From an uncultured Methylomirabilota bacterium (lineage in GTDB: Bacteria; Methylomirabilota; Methylomirabilia; Methylomirabilales; 2-02-FULL-66-22), in contig OY970067.1 in NCBI GenBank assembly GCA_963705305.1, positions 3,232,001-3,296,000 on the forward strand: DNA of 64,000 nucleotides, written 5' to 3'. The translations under genes were made by a program, and so were the position numbers. The notes under the pieces were generated by a model. The model was given only the letters and a program-made list of their open reading frames with translations. It made no database searches and had not been told where the DNA came from. Each line of letters starts with the position of its first letter. The first letter of the stretch is position 1. Below are positions 18,017 to 28,779 of the stretch, one piece after another.

Positions 18017-19231
18017 TTAGCTCGCGGCTTCGCGCGGCGTCAGCTGTGCCTGGGGGAAGCGGTGTCGAGCGCCGAGGACATACGCCAGAATCCGATCGCT
18101 CGTTACCCATTGGCGGCCGAGGCGCTCCGCCACCTCGCCCGTCGTCGAGCTGCCGCCGAAGAAGTCCACCACGAGGTCCCCCGGACGCGTGAGGAACTTG
18201 ATGAAGAACTCCGGGAGCGCTGCGGGGAAACGCGCCGGGTGCGGGGGGAGGCCTTCGCCGCGGCATCCCTGCAGGTACTGATTGTTCGAGACCGTGTTGG
18301 GGGCGGTGAGCAAATTCCCCGGAATGGCCCCGCCGTTGTCTACGCCGAATGCACTGTCGGCGAACCTATAGCCGCTGGGGCGGTTCGCCGTCCGTTCGCC
18401 CCCCTCCGCGAGCCGCGCCTGCATCCGTGCCGAGTACGGGGCAAGGACCCCCCGGTTATCGGCATACGGGTAGGCATCCCGGGCCAACCAGTAGATCTGC
18501 TCGAGACTGGGCTTCACGCGCACGCGGCGAATCGTCACCCACTCGGCCGGGGCCGGCAGCTTCGACGGATTGAGCCACGCGAACCGCTGGCACAGTCGGA
18601 GGCCAAGTTCGTCTACCAATCGAAGCACCAACCGCTCCTGGTACAGGCTCAGGGTGGGTTGCCCTGCCTCCCACACATCACCTAGGTTCAGCACGATGCT
18701 TCCGTCGGGTGTGAGCTTCTGCGGCCACTGGGCGGCCAGCCGCAGGAACCAGCTCAGGTACTCCTGGGCGGAGAGGTTACCGTATGCCTTCTGTCGCGTG
18801 AGGGGATACGGGGGTGAGGTGAGGATCAACTGGACGCTGCCGTCCTCCACGTACCCTACCGCGTCCTCTGCCGCGGCCCAGAGGGCGGCGCCGTGCTCCG
18901 TGACGAACACGGTGATGACCACACCGGGTCGGCTCTCCCTGAGCTGCTTCCGGCCCTTCTCCGTGATCTCCCACGCGCCCGGCTCGATCGGCCGCAGGAG
19001 GCCAAGGAACTTGCCCCGCTGCTGTGCCCAGCGCACGGAACGGGCAAACGTGTTGATCGTCCCGGCGGAGGCCAGCGTCTCGGTGGCCGTGCGGATCGCC
19101 GCGGAAACGCCCGTTCGTTCGGCAACCGCGCTGTAAAGATCCGCCGTTCGGGCGCGGCCACCGTTCGCGGCGATGGCTTCGAGGACCGGGAGGAGGAGTT
19201 GGCCTTGAGATGGCGAACTGTCTAGTGACAT
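18017..19231 (-). CDS. Beta-class amino DNA methyltransferase (probably N4-C) with an N-terminal Mrr-N-like winged helix
   Basis: LILTSPPY precedes HPARFP and VVDFFGGS. The N-terminus reads LLLPVLEAIA..VRWAQQ..GLL..GAWEITEKGR. Confidence 0.85.
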   Translation of the reverse strand: MSLDSSPSQGQLLLPVLEAIAANGGRARTADLYSAVAERTGVSAAIRTATETLASAGTINTFARSVRWAQQRGKFLGLLRPIEPGAWEITEKGRKQLRESRPGVVITVFVTEHGAALWAAAEDAVGYVEDGSVQLILTSPPYPLTRQKAYGNLSAQEYLSWFLRLAAQWPQKLTPDGSIVLNLGDVWEAGQPTLSLYQERLVLRLVDELGLRLCQRFAWLNPSKLPAPAEWVTIRRVRVKPSLEQIYWLARDAYPYADNRGVLAPYSARMQARLAEGGERTANRPSGYRFADSAFGVDNGGAIPGNLLTAPNTVSNNQYLQGCRGEGLPPHPARFPAALPEFFIKFLTRPGDLVVDFFGGSSTTGEVAERLGRQWVTSDRILAYVLGARHRFPQAQLTPREAAS

Positions 19232-19685
19232 GAATGGTGTGCACCTGGCTGCCGCAGGGAAGACCCGGTCGTGGACGCAGGGAGGACTCCCTCTAAATGT
19301 TGGAGAGGCTTCATCCTTCTGATCGATCTGGGCGCAGTCGCCATAACCCGTGGTGTCGCCCTGGTGTTCGAGCATGCGGCGGAGCGCGAGTTCGCACGCC
19401 ATCGTGGAGGCGTTTCCAGCCTAGGCTACGACGGGATACCCTGGGCGATCGGGGTTGCTCCGGGTCCGAGGTTGTGTGCCCTATTGTCCTGGTCCAGCAG
19501 AATCCCGGGGCGTGGCTGGATCCGGGGTCCCTTGGGAGATGGTGGGAATCCGATTCTCGGATGTGCCTCGGTCCCCCGTGTGGTCCTTCGCCGCATTGCG
19601 ATGCGGGGGTCCGTCGCAGGTGACGCCGGCTCTGTCGGGTCTTTTGGGTTGGGGCTCTGGTGTGAGCATCTCCGGCCGAAAACAG

Positions 19686-19718
19686 CAACGCCCCCCAGCC
19701 GAAGGCTAGAGGGCGTTG
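19686..19718 (-). terminator. Hairpin downstream of the NADAR fusion gene, possible terminator
   Basis: CAACGCCCCCCAGCC-GAA-GGCTAGAGGGCGTTG, with a short U tract on the minus strand. Confidence 0.5.
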
Positions 19719-19731
19719 AGTTGGCGTCCGT

Positions 19732-21009
19732 TCATGCCGTGCGAGGGATGCGCTCGTAGCCAAGGGCCACGAGCACGTCGCGCAGGTAGAAGCAGGCCGC
19801 TCGGAAGGTTCCTGGAGTTGCCCGGTGCTCCCGGTTGCCTGCCACGTTCAGGATCTGGATGCGGTGCTCGCGGATCCATGCGACCCCCTCAGCGGCTGGT
19901 CGAGGGTGGGCCAGATCCACGTCGAAGTGTGGTCGATGGTTCTCCTCGATCGCCCGGAGCGTGCATCGCTCGCCGGCCGTCGTGAAATCGAAGGCGAGCC
20001 GGATGGTCCCGTGCGCCTCCTTTGCGTTCGCGAAGGTTCGGGCGGGATACCCACCATGGTGTTCCTGGAGCTTGAAGCGATCCCGGAGCAACGTTGGCGC
20101 CGCTCCACGACTGGTGAGCCAGCCTTTCGGGGCCCAGCCTCCGGTGGGGATGCCGAACGCTTCGGCGGTGAAGAGTCCGGCCTGGTCGGCTCCCGTTTGC
20201 CCACCGCTGATGATCTTCACCAGGGGCCGGCTGACAACCGGTGGTTCCTGGCGGAGCTTCGTCCGGAGGGCCATCAAGAGATTCCCCAACATGTTCTGGC
20301 CCGCTCCGGTCCGGACATCCCGGCCCCAGAACGTGTCGTTCCAGGTATTCCCCTCGATCAGTTCCGCCTCGCCGGTGGCGAGCAACTTGCCGCGCAGCTC
20401 TGGATCGCTGAATTTCTTCCGGACGATCTGCGCCATGACCTTGACCTTGATGGTCTCCCAGTTCGGTCGCAGCGGCACCCTGTAGCCGATGGCCTTGAGC
20501 TCCCGAAGGTCTTTGGCCTTGAGGAGCTTCTTGATCCACTCGGCGTCATCGGTCTTGCTGAGCTGGTAGGCGACCTCGGCCGATGGGCAGGTGAGCCTCC
20601 GCCATTCTATCGGGTGCGGGTAGGGGTTCGCGAGGAAGCGGAACTCGCCTCGGAACCCGGGGATGACTGGTCGGGGGGCCACCATGGCTGCGGGCGCATG
20701 CCGGTCGAGCCAGGCCGCGATGACGTCCCCGTGGCATGGCAGCGGCCCCTCGGGTTTCTTGCAGAAGCAGCCGAGCCGCTTCCCCCGGAGTTCTAGGAGG
20801 CGGCGTCGGAACTGAGCATCGCGTGCGATCCGCGCTTCAAAGTCGCGCGTGTACGCTTCCAGGCAGCTTGCCCGATCGTGGATTGCGCCGTTGCAGCGGG
20901 GACACGGCCTGCCGATCAGGTGGGGGTTTCCGAAGTCCCCGCCTGCGCCTTTCCCGCCCCGGCCGATGTAGACGTTGTACGGCTGGCTGATATGCACGAC
21001 TGCCGTCAT
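19732..21009 (-). CDS. DUF4326 - NADAR - SLOG (MoCo-carrier-like/cpYpsA) three-domain fusion
   Basis: VYIGRG..FGNP..LRGKRLGCFC..PCHGDV (DUF4326). FRFLANPYP..SAEVAYQ..LLATGEAELIEGNTWNDTFWG..GQNMLGNLLMALR (NADAR). KIISGGQTGADQAGL..GGWAPKG..LNVAGNRE (SLOG). Confidence 0.85.
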   Translation of the reverse strand: MTAVVHISQPYNVYIGRGGKGAGGDFGNPHLIGRPCPRCNGAIHDRASCLEAYTRDFEARIARDAQFRRRLLELRGKRLGCFCKKPEGPLPCHGDVIAAWLDRHAPAAMVAPRPVIPGFRGEFRFLANPYPHPIEWRRLTCPSAEVAYQLSKTDDAEWIKKLLKAKDLRELKAIGYRVPLRPNWETIKVKVMAQIVRKKFSDPELRGKLLATGEAELIEGNTWNDTFWGRDVRTGAGQNMLGNLLMALRTKLRQEPPVVSRPLVKIISGGQTGADQAGLFTAEAFGIPTGGWAPKGWLTSRGAAPTLLRDRFKLQEHHGGYPARTFANAKEAHGTIRLAFDFTTAGERCTLRAIEENHRPHFDVDLAHPRPAAEGVAWIREHRIQILNVAGNREHRATPGTFRAACFYLRDVLVALGYERIPRTA

Positions 21010-21703
21010 CGATGCTTCTCCATCCAGGACCGCTCCCCCAGGCGAGGAGCGGCAACTTACGTGCTCCGCGCCTGGCGGATGGCTCTCGATGAGCCGGGAT
21101 CAGAAGCGGCTGTAGGGGGAGCAGCGCTCGTACGGCTTGTACAGGAACCGGTAGCCTCCGTACACAACTACAGCGATCCCGAGGAAGATGCCCTCGGGTG
21201 TCTTCATGAGGCTGGTGAGCAGCCCCAGGATGTAGGCGGCCATGGTCTCCTCCTGCCGTCCCTCCCTCTCGGGAGTCGTGTGGGGGTTCCAGGTGCCCCT
21301 CAGGGATCCGCTGCACTTGCTGGGCACTCCGACCGGAAGCTCTTGTCTGACGGTGCGGTTCTTCCGCGCACGGCATCGACGACCAGCGGCGCTCGGAGCG
21401 CAGGTCTTCGGATGTGTGCTTGCGGACCATCACGAGGTACCTGCGGCACCGGGGAATCAGAATCACACGACCGTCAGCGTCCGGTTGGAGGTCGGGCGGT
21501 TCTGGGCAGGGGTTGCCACGGGCGCAAGCGTCAGCGCGGCCGTCAGGATGACCAGGAACCGGATGCAGCCGACCAGAGGACGATGGCACGCGGGCCCCTC
21601 TTGCGACCGTCCCAGCTGGCGGGGAGCGGTCCGATGCCTGTCTCCCGCACCAGGCGGGTGGCTAACGGAAAATCCGGTATGGGGGGAGTCAACCCCGGAG
21701 CCG

Positions 21704-22021
21704 CTATTGACTCACGCTGGGTCCGGAGCCCATCGTCAAGACGGTCGTGGCCACGTTCCCTTTTCCATACTCGACGGAGCATCGGATGATCCGTCGTCCC
21801 TGTCGGAAAAGGAACGTATCAACGACCCGGCCGCCGGTGACCTCGGTGCTGACGGGCTGGCCGATGGCGCGGATGATCTCGCTCCGCACGGCGCCGGTCC
21901 GGACGACCGACAGATCGCGGGGCACCATCTGCTCACCGAGCGAGCCGATCAGTATGAGGGGGACGAGCAACAGAAGAAGAAGGATCAGCAGGGATACGGG
22001 ATGCATGCGCTGGGTCATCAT
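21704..22021 (-). CDS. Small exported/membrane-anchored protein, SmpA/OmlA-like pattern
   Basis: Hydrophobic N-terminus followed by VVRTGAVRSEIIRAIGQP. Confidence 0.45.
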   Translation of the reverse strand: MMTQRMHPVSLLILLLLLLVPLILIGSLGEQMVPRDLSVVRTGAVRSEIIRAIGQPVSTEVTGGRVVDTFLFRQGRRIIRCSVEYGKGNVATTVLTMGSGPSVSQ

Positions 22022-23552
22022 GGCTTTCTCCTGTGAGACCTTCCCTGCGCGGCAGGGAGGTCGGTCAAGGGACTCCCCCACCGTGCGGGCGGCTCATCGA
22101 AGAGCCAGTAGGTGTCGCTTCTCACGCGGGTGAGAAGGGGGGCATGAACGGTTGTCAAAGAACCCGCAGGCTCCCCTGGCGTGCCAGGTGGGACGGCCAA
22201 GGGCCGTCCAGAGCGTGCGGCGACACTTCCTGGACGATACCGCGACGCGCATGCAGTGCAAGGACACGAACCTGTTCGTCGGAGGGGGTGTGGACCCGTT
22301 CTGGGATGTAACGGACGAAGGAGGTCTAGCGGATCTGACGAAGCCCTGCGACTACTGGGGGACGGGGAAGCCGCCGGGGGACTGGGCGGACGGCGAGCCC
22401 GTAGGTACGGAGCCGACTGTCGTGGAGTTCAAGTTTCTGCTCTCGGATGGGTGTTCCCCGGATGTCCATGTCGGAGAAGCAACAGAGGCTGAAGTGCCTG
22501 GGGAAAATCATTCCCCAGGGGACTGAGGCCGGCCGCAGGTTGTTAACGTCCTTTCCGCAAGAGCAGGCAACGCGCGTGCTCTGGGGTCATGCTGGTGTCC
22601 TGTTTGCCCGTTCGACCATCAGGCAGATGAGTCTGAGGACATTAGAGAGAAGGGTCATTGCCGTGGACAGGTGGCTATTCGGGCCTTCCGTTTGTATGTG
22701 GGCCAGAGGATCAGGGCGACACTGTCTGTGGCACACGCGGCAGGTAGCCCTCACTGTGCAGCACAAGTGAGACGCGCTCGCAGTCTTTCTGAGGGCCGTG
22801 GCCGTCAGCAGGGGCGCCTCGATCCAGCACCCGCTCGTGGTCCGCGTACCTAGCCAGAGGGCGGACCACCGCCCAGGTCAGAGGAAGGGGGCGGGCGATA
22901 GGCCGAAGCACATCCGTGGCGGGATTTCGCTCAGCGATGATGCGTGCGTGCAACCCGGGCATTCTGAGGGCCTCGCTCTCGGCTGTGGAATATCGCTCCA
23001 CGGCGCGGCGGTAGAACAGCTCCTGGAGGGAAGCAACCAGCTCCGTCGATGGCAGATACTGGCCGTGTCCCTGCGCCCGTCGCCTAAGCAGCTCCTGATG
23101 GAATGGCCTACAGAGGGGGGGCCGCGGTATTTGGGTGCACGTGGTGCCGCCGGAAGTCCGCAGGCACCCGGGGGAGGTGGCCGGTCGGGACGCATGTGAA
23201 GATCTTCGCGCACCGGCACGGGCTTGCGATCGTCGTCAGAAAGGGCAGGTCCGTGAGCCGGTGTGCGCAGAACCGGGGCTGATTGGTGTCCGAGTTGATT
23301 TGATCGGATTCACGCGGTTAGTGGACGAGACTGCTCTGGGATGCCTCTGACAGGAAGCGCTCTCGCTTGCTCTGGGCCTTCATCATGGTCCTCAGGGGTG
23401 AAGCTTCGCGATCCTGGGCGGAAATCGCGGCAAGGTCTCGCGCCCAAAGGCGACTTCTAGGACGGTGAGGACCATCCGCGATAATGCCGGACGCAGGGCT
23501 TCGATCAGGATGCTACCCGTCGCCCCCGCTTCACTCAAGCAGCTTGTAGACC

Positions 23553-24284
23553 CTATGGCGAGCCCGCAGAGCCCTCCGCTCGCTCAGCCCCTGGGATCTC
23601 TTCGCGCCCGATGATCCTGTCGAAGACCAATGTGGCGCAATCGACGCACACCGCCTTGACCGACTGCCAGTGGTGCCAGCGGGGGTCAAGGTGTTTGTAC
23701 TCTGCCAGATTCATCTCTTCGAGGTCGTAGGGCAGCGGGTTCGCCAGTTGAATCTGAAGCTGCTGCAAGGCTGATTCCTCATTCGGCTGCGGGTAGAGCC
23801 GATCGAATGGACGCAGGGCGTCGGCGACTTTCTCCGCACCCATTCGGTCGGCCAAGGCGACGAAATCGAGATAGTCGCGCGTGGCGTTGCGCCTGAGGAT
23901 CAACACTCCCTTGATCCGCAGGATTTCGGCCAGGGTCGGCACGGTCAGCATCTGACCGCGCCATTCAATCTGGGCGGTCTCCAGGGGCGTGTCTCGGAGC
24001 AACTGCCGGACCCCGGTCTCGATGCCGTCGAGGCTGCCGAGAATTTGCACCGGCCGCTGGACGCGGGCGGTCTTCCAGCCCGCCACGGACTCCAGCAGGG
24101 CGAGCACTTGGTCAAAGCGCGCCCGCAGATCAGTCAGCACATGATCCGCATCGGCCGATAGTCGGTGGCTCGCATAGAGTGCGGACGCGGTGCCGCCGAC
24201 CAGAACAGCCTCCGGCAGGAGGCGTTGTAGGCGAGCAGCGCAGGACAGAACCTGCTCCCACTCAGGCAAGGTGTCGTTCGGCAT
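23553..24284 (-). CDS. AbiEii-like nucleotidyltransferase (putative TA toxin)
   Basis: VLVGGTASALYASHRLSADAD, EILRIK and RNATRDYLDF. Confidence 0.8.
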   Translation of the reverse strand: MPNDTLPEWEQVLSCAARLQRLLPEAVLVGGTASALYASHRLSADADHVLTDLRARFDQVLALLESVAGWKTARVQRPVQILGSLDGIETGVRQLLRDTPLETAQIEWRGQMLTVPTLAEILRIKGVLILRRNATRDYLDFVALADRMGAEKVADALRPFDRLYPQPNEESALQQLQIQLANPLPYDLEEMNLAEYKHLDPRWHHWQSVKAVCVDCATLVFDRIIGREEIPGAERAEGSAGSP

Positions 24285-24483
24285 AGTGTTTCCAGAAGTG
24301 GTAGCGCTGGGCGTAGGGGTCGTCCACATGCGCCTTGCACACGCGCAGCACCTTCTCCAGGACGACCCGATCCCGAAGGACCGCACGCCGCAGGTCAGCC
24401 CAATCCTGCTGCCTGCCACGACCGATCACGTCATCGATAGCGGCGAGCGTAAGGTTCTGATGGTTCAGATGGCGGTGAAGCAT
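24262..24483 (-). CDS. Small partner protein (putative antitoxin)
   Basis: TLAAIDDVIGRGRQQDWADL. Overlaps the start of the nucleotidyltransferase. Confidence 0.7.
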   Translation of the reverse strand: MLHRHLNHQNLTLAAIDDVIGRGRQQDWADLRRAVLRDRVVLEKVLRVCKAHVDDPYAQRYHFWKHYAERHLA

Positions 24484-24864
24484 AAGATGTCCAATAACCC
24501 TTGTGATTTTCGACAAATAAATCATACCCCTTGGCAGGGGCGAATTGCAACAACTGGGCTCTGGGAGCGCCGCGTGCGACGTGGTCGATTTCCAACGGAT
24601 TGATTATGGCCAGTTCGATCTCGAGACGGTCAATCTTCGGGAAGCGAGCTCATCCCAAGACCACCGGGTCGGAAGACGCACGTCCCCGCAAGCGTGGCGC
24701 TGCGACGGAGGTGAGGCCTAGGCAGGGGAGAGACGGGCGTGTAGTCCTGGATCTCTCCCTGTGGGATTGGGGGGCACCTGACCGTTCACTGGCCCGCCTC
24801 GGCCCTTGTGCCGAAAGGAAGAACCCGCGATGCCTCCTCCACGTCACGGGGGACAATGCCGCTG

Positions 24865-25110
24865 TCACGCGACGCGACGCTCGAGACGTTCCGCGAGCCA
24901 GACCTTGATGATGGACTGCCGGGTCACGTCCGGTCGCTTCGCCTCGCGGTCCAGGGCTTCCCACCGATCTGACCGATCACGAGCACCACGGCTCCTGCTC
25001 CGAGCGGGCCGTTCCCTCGACGCGGCGGGGGAGCATCCAGAGCGCCTGACCTCAGCGAAGTCGATCCCGTGCCGGGCCTTGTTGGGCTCGCCCTTCTGGG
25101 ATTCATGCGC
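24865..25110 (-). pseudogene. Collapsed BrnT/BrnA-like TA remnant
   Basis: NKARHGIDFAEV (BrnT N-terminus) joined to LDREAKRPDVTRQSIIKVWLAERL (CopG/BrnA C-terminus). Confidence 0.6.
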
Positions 25111-25684
25111 GGACTCCGGCTTGGAGCAATTATGTACCATTTCTACTCCACACCGGCAGGCCGTTCATGGCGGCTGCGCCGCTCCCAGCCGCGGTCGCCC
25201 GTCAGTCCCTCTGCGGCGGCTTCGCGGGGACCTTCCCCCGGCGGTCTCCGAGCTCGAGGGTCATCGCAAAGACCGGGGTGTCCAGGATGAAGGTTTCGGA
25301 GGTGCACGCCCGCTCGCTACCGAGAGACTTGCGGTGTGCCAAGTGCTTCGCACGAGGACGCCGAGGCTCACGTCGAACCGAACCTGAAGACTTATCGCGT
25401 GCCCGGCCACCATTCCGGGGTCGGGGAGCTCGATCTCCGACAGGATTCTATACGCTGCCAATGTCCCCATCAGTGGCTGGGATCGCCACGACAACTGGCA
25501 GGTTCACTTCCTTTCAGGAAGATCCGTGGGCTGTATGGCAATGATACTTACCGTGTCTTCGCACCACGGAATGATACGGACTGGCCCGAATGTATCGTTA
25601 CCCCAGAAATCCGGCGGTACGCAGCGTCATGTGCAGGCGGTGACCCCGTCGGATCCGGTAGGGCCGCCGACCGGGGTCGCGCGG

Positions 25685-27313
25685 CTAGGTGTTCTGGGAC
25701 CTGCGGGCTGCCTCGTCTGGGATCACCACGATCTTGCCCCACCCTGGCCCTGGGCCGTGATCCTGGTTGACGCACCAGAGGACCGGGAAGGGCGGCCGCT
25801 GCTCTGGGAATTCGGAGTGGAGATCCGTCAGCGCCACGAGCAAGTCCAGGCCCATCCGGTGGTTCTTGAACCACTCGAAGACCGGGAGGTGTGAGGTGCC
25901 CCCACCGCCCCTGATCGTCAGCCGGCGGAGGAATTCCGGCACCTCGCGGGTCTTCACCACCTGGTGGATCTGGGCGTCGCACGTGAGGATCAGGGTCTCC
26001 TCGGCCAGCGTGTACAGCTTCGCCATCTCGGCGGCAAACTCCTCCAGGAGCGGCTGCGTGGAGCCACTGCTGTCCAGGGCGATGGCCAGGAGCGCAATCG
26101 TCTCCGACCGAAAGCTCGGGCGGATGATGTCGTACTGCAGCCACCGTCGGTGGGGCGGGTTCAGGCTGAATTCCTCCTTCGCCAGCGCGGTCCCAGCGTA
26201 CTGGTGGAGCACGCGCTGCCAGGGGACCCGGGCCTCGCGGAGCTTCTGAATGAAGCGGCTGAGCCCGAGCGGCATCGACCCGCGCTGATTGGACGCGTTC
26301 CAGATCTGGTGGGCATTGATGATCTGGTCGATCAAGTCCTGCACCTGTCGCCCAGTGAGGTCCGGCGGGATGTGGACATCGGTCTGTCCGGGGCGGCAGT
26401 GGCCATTGAAGTCCGGCAGCCCGTCGCCTCCGCCCTCCTGATCCGGGCAGCCGGGATTCCCCTGTCCGTCACCCCGGCCGTCACTGGGGTTCTGGCCGTG
26501 ATCTTCGCCCTGCCGAGAGCACTGGCCTGGCCCGAAGAGGTCCCCTTGCGGGGAGTCTTTTGGGTTCCGTCCGCCCTTGGCGGCGTCGGCATTGTTCCCG
26601 TTGCCGTTCTGCGGCTGGGGGGACCCCGCGTGAGGCGGATTCTGCTCAGTGCCGTTTTGGGGCTGCGGCGTCTTGCGCGTCCCGCTTCCCCCGGCGGGAT
26701 TCTCCCCCCCGTTCTGCCTGGCCTCCGGGGTGTTCGCCTCGCCCGTCCCACCGCTGCCGTTCCGGGCTTGACGGTGCTTCTGGCCGCAGCGTGGGCAGGT
26801 CTCCGGTTCCTCGCTCTCAAGCTTGTCGTAGATCTCCTCGGCCACGAGGTTCTTGAAGGCCTCGTTATAGAGCGGGCGAAGGACCAGTCCGAGGTCCGGG
26901 ATCTCGAGGTCCGGGCGCTCGTAGAGCTTCTTGCCGTCCTTGTCGGTCAGTTCCTCGATGATGGCATTGATCGCGTAGTCGGTCGCATCGTTCCAGCGGT
27001 GGTGGTCGCGGGTGAGGCGTCGGGCGGCCGTGAGGAATACGACGTGGCCAACCTCGTGGATGAGGATGTACCCGAGCTGCTTGAGGCTGAGGTGATACGT
27101 CCAGGAGGGGTTGATCCAGATGCGCGACACGCAGTCGGTGGCGGCGAACGTCGGGATCCAGTGCGAGAGCTCGACCTGCATGGGGAGCAGGAGCGTCGCC
27201 CAGAAAGGGTGGTGCACCACGACCTGGGCGCGGAGGGTCTGGATGCGCCGGATCTCGTGGTCGAAGAGCTGCTCCGCGCTGATGGCGATCGATTTCGCGA
27301 CGGCGGTGGCCAT
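25685..27313 (-). CDS. DUF2201-type metallopeptidase - vWA-like protein
   Basis: HEVGH zincin motif, WNDATDYAIN, a G/N/Q-rich linker, the MIDAS motif DSSGS, GGGGTS and TDL. Confidence 0.85.
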   Translation of the reverse strand: MATAVAKSIAISAEQLFDHEIRRIQTLRAQVVVHHPFWATLLLPMQVELSHWIPTFAATDCVSRIWINPSWTYHLSLKQLGYILIHEVGHVVFLTAARRLTRDHHRWNDATDYAINAIIEELTDKDGKKLYERPDLEIPDLGLVLRPLYNEAFKNLVAEEIYDKLESEEPETCPRCGQKHRQARNGSGGTGEANTPEARQNGGENPAGGSGTRKTPQPQNGTEQNPPHAGSPQPQNGNGNNADAAKGGRNPKDSPQGDLFGPGQCSRQGEDHGQNPSDGRGDGQGNPGCPDQEGGGDGLPDFNGHCRPGQTDVHIPPDLTGRQVQDLIDQIINAHQIWNASNQRGSMPLGLSRFIQKLREARVPWQRVLHQYAGTALAKEEFSLNPPHRRWLQYDIIRPSFRSETIALLAIALDSSGSTQPLLEEFAAEMAKLYTLAEETLILTCDAQIHQVVKTREVPEFLRRLTIRGGGGTSHLPVFEWFKNHRMGLDLLVALTDLHSEFPEQRPPFPVLWCVNQDHGPGPGWGKIVVIPDEAARRSQNT

Positions 27314-27392
27314 AACGACTCCAGGGGGGTCGGGCGCCGGCAGGGCCGATCTCGCCGGGCCTCGGGTTCGCGGGAGACGATGCGCGTCTAGG

Positions 27393-28475
27393 CTACTCCG
27401 TCGCCGTCACGATCTTGGTCAGGCGGATCTTGATCGGGTCGAAGGTCTTGCTGTTCAGGATGGCCTTGAAGGCGGCCGTGTTCTCGAGGTTCTTGAGGAG
27501 CAGGATCTGGAACTCGTCCTTGAAGCCCGCGGTCGTCATCAGCTTGTACAGGTTCTGGAGCTGCTGGGCCGCGAGGGCCTTGGCGTTCCGGAGCAGGTGG
27601 CCCACGGCAAAGGTGAGCGCGTAGACGAAGGAGATGTTCTTCTCCGGATCCAGCGCCGGGATCTCCCCCCGCTGGATGATGGCGGGGACATCCACCTTTC
27701 GGTACAGCTTCAGGAACTGGAAGAACTCATTGGTCATGGAGGAGCCGACGCAGGAGGCGATGAGCGAACGCCGCTGGTCCTCGTCCACGTCCATGTTTTC
27801 GATCTTCGCGGCGTCGGCCCAGCTCCGCGGGGTGGGGTAGGCGTACTCGCCGGTCCGGCAGTAGAGCTTCGGTTCCCGGAAGGTCCCGATGAAGGCCATC
27901 ACGTCCGGGGAGAGGGCCTTGCTCGCGGCCCAGCGCAGCCACGCGTCACAGTCCACGCGCATGATGAAGTGCCGGAAGCGGTTCTGGAGGGCCGAGGACA
28001 TGGGCACCGCCAGCGCCTCGTCCTCTTCCAGGTTGCCGGCCGCCATCACCACCGTCTCGGGGTGGAAGATGAAAGGCCCCACGCGGTGCTCGAGGATGAT
28101 CTGATACGCTGCGGCCTGGTGCAGTTTCGTCACGCCGGCGTTGATCTCGTCGAGGAACAGGAAGTGGGGCTTCTCGCAGCAATCCGCCACCCAGTCAGGC
28201 GGGAACAGCTCGAGCCGCTTGGTCTCCCGGTTCGGCACGTAGACCCCCGACAGCTCCGCGGGATCCTTCTGGGCCAGCCGGATGTCCTTCATGGGCAGCT
28301 TGAACTGGACCTCGGCCAGCTCGTTCGCCAAGCTGGACTTGCCCACGCCGGGGTTACCGCGGACCAGGACGGAGGAGCCGGCCCGGAGCGACTGCCGGAC
28401 CAGCGGGAGGAGAACGGGATAGGAATAGCCTTCCGCGGCAAGGGGTGCGGCGGCACTGGCCATCGAGACCTCCAC
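27393..28475 (-). CDS. MoxR-like AAA+ ATPase
   Basis: GNPGVGKSS, LFLDEIN, AAGN, ALQNRF and YPTPRSW. Confidence 0.88.
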   Translation of the reverse strand: MEVSMASAAAPLAAEGYSYPVLLPLVRQSLRAGSSVLVRGNPGVGKSSLANELAEVQFKLPMKDIRLAQKDPAELSGVYVPNRETKRLELFPPDWVADCCEKPHFLFLDEINAGVTKLHQAAAYQIILEHRVGPFIFHPETVVMAAGNLEEDEALAVPMSSALQNRFRHFIMRVDCDAWLRWAASKALSPDVMAFIGTFREPKLYCRTGEYAYPTPRSWADAAKIENMDVDEDQRRSLIASCVGSSMTNEFFQFLKLYRKVDVPAIIQRGEIPALDPEKNISFVYALTFAVGHLLRNAKALAAQQLQNLYKLMTTAGFKDEFQILLLKNLENTAAFKAILNSKTFDPIKIRLTKIVTATE

Positions 28476-28779
28476 GGTGGTGCGGGTGCGGAGCGATGAT
28501 GGCGGGGACTGGACACTCAGAGCAGGCGAGGCATCCCATTCCGGGCAGCGAGGGTGCTGGCTGAGGCGCGTCCGATCGCATCATGCGTGCCCATCACGCC
28601 ACCACGCTTCACGAGACTTTGCCTGCACGTGATTGGGGGGTGGGCTCCTCACGGTGGCAGTCGGCCGGCACGGCGAAAGGACAGGGTTCTGTCGAGATGG
28701 GCTTCGATGCGAAGCGGGTGACGGTCAGGCTTCGCGACCGGGAGGCCGAAGTTCTTCCCCAGGCGATGGCAGAGGGTTG

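Noticed and set aside
22150..23550. Possible gene remnants (also 24530-24860, 25170-25680, 45240-45680, 49430-50020)
   Set aside because: They are fragmentary frames with no assignable family, so I left them unannotated.
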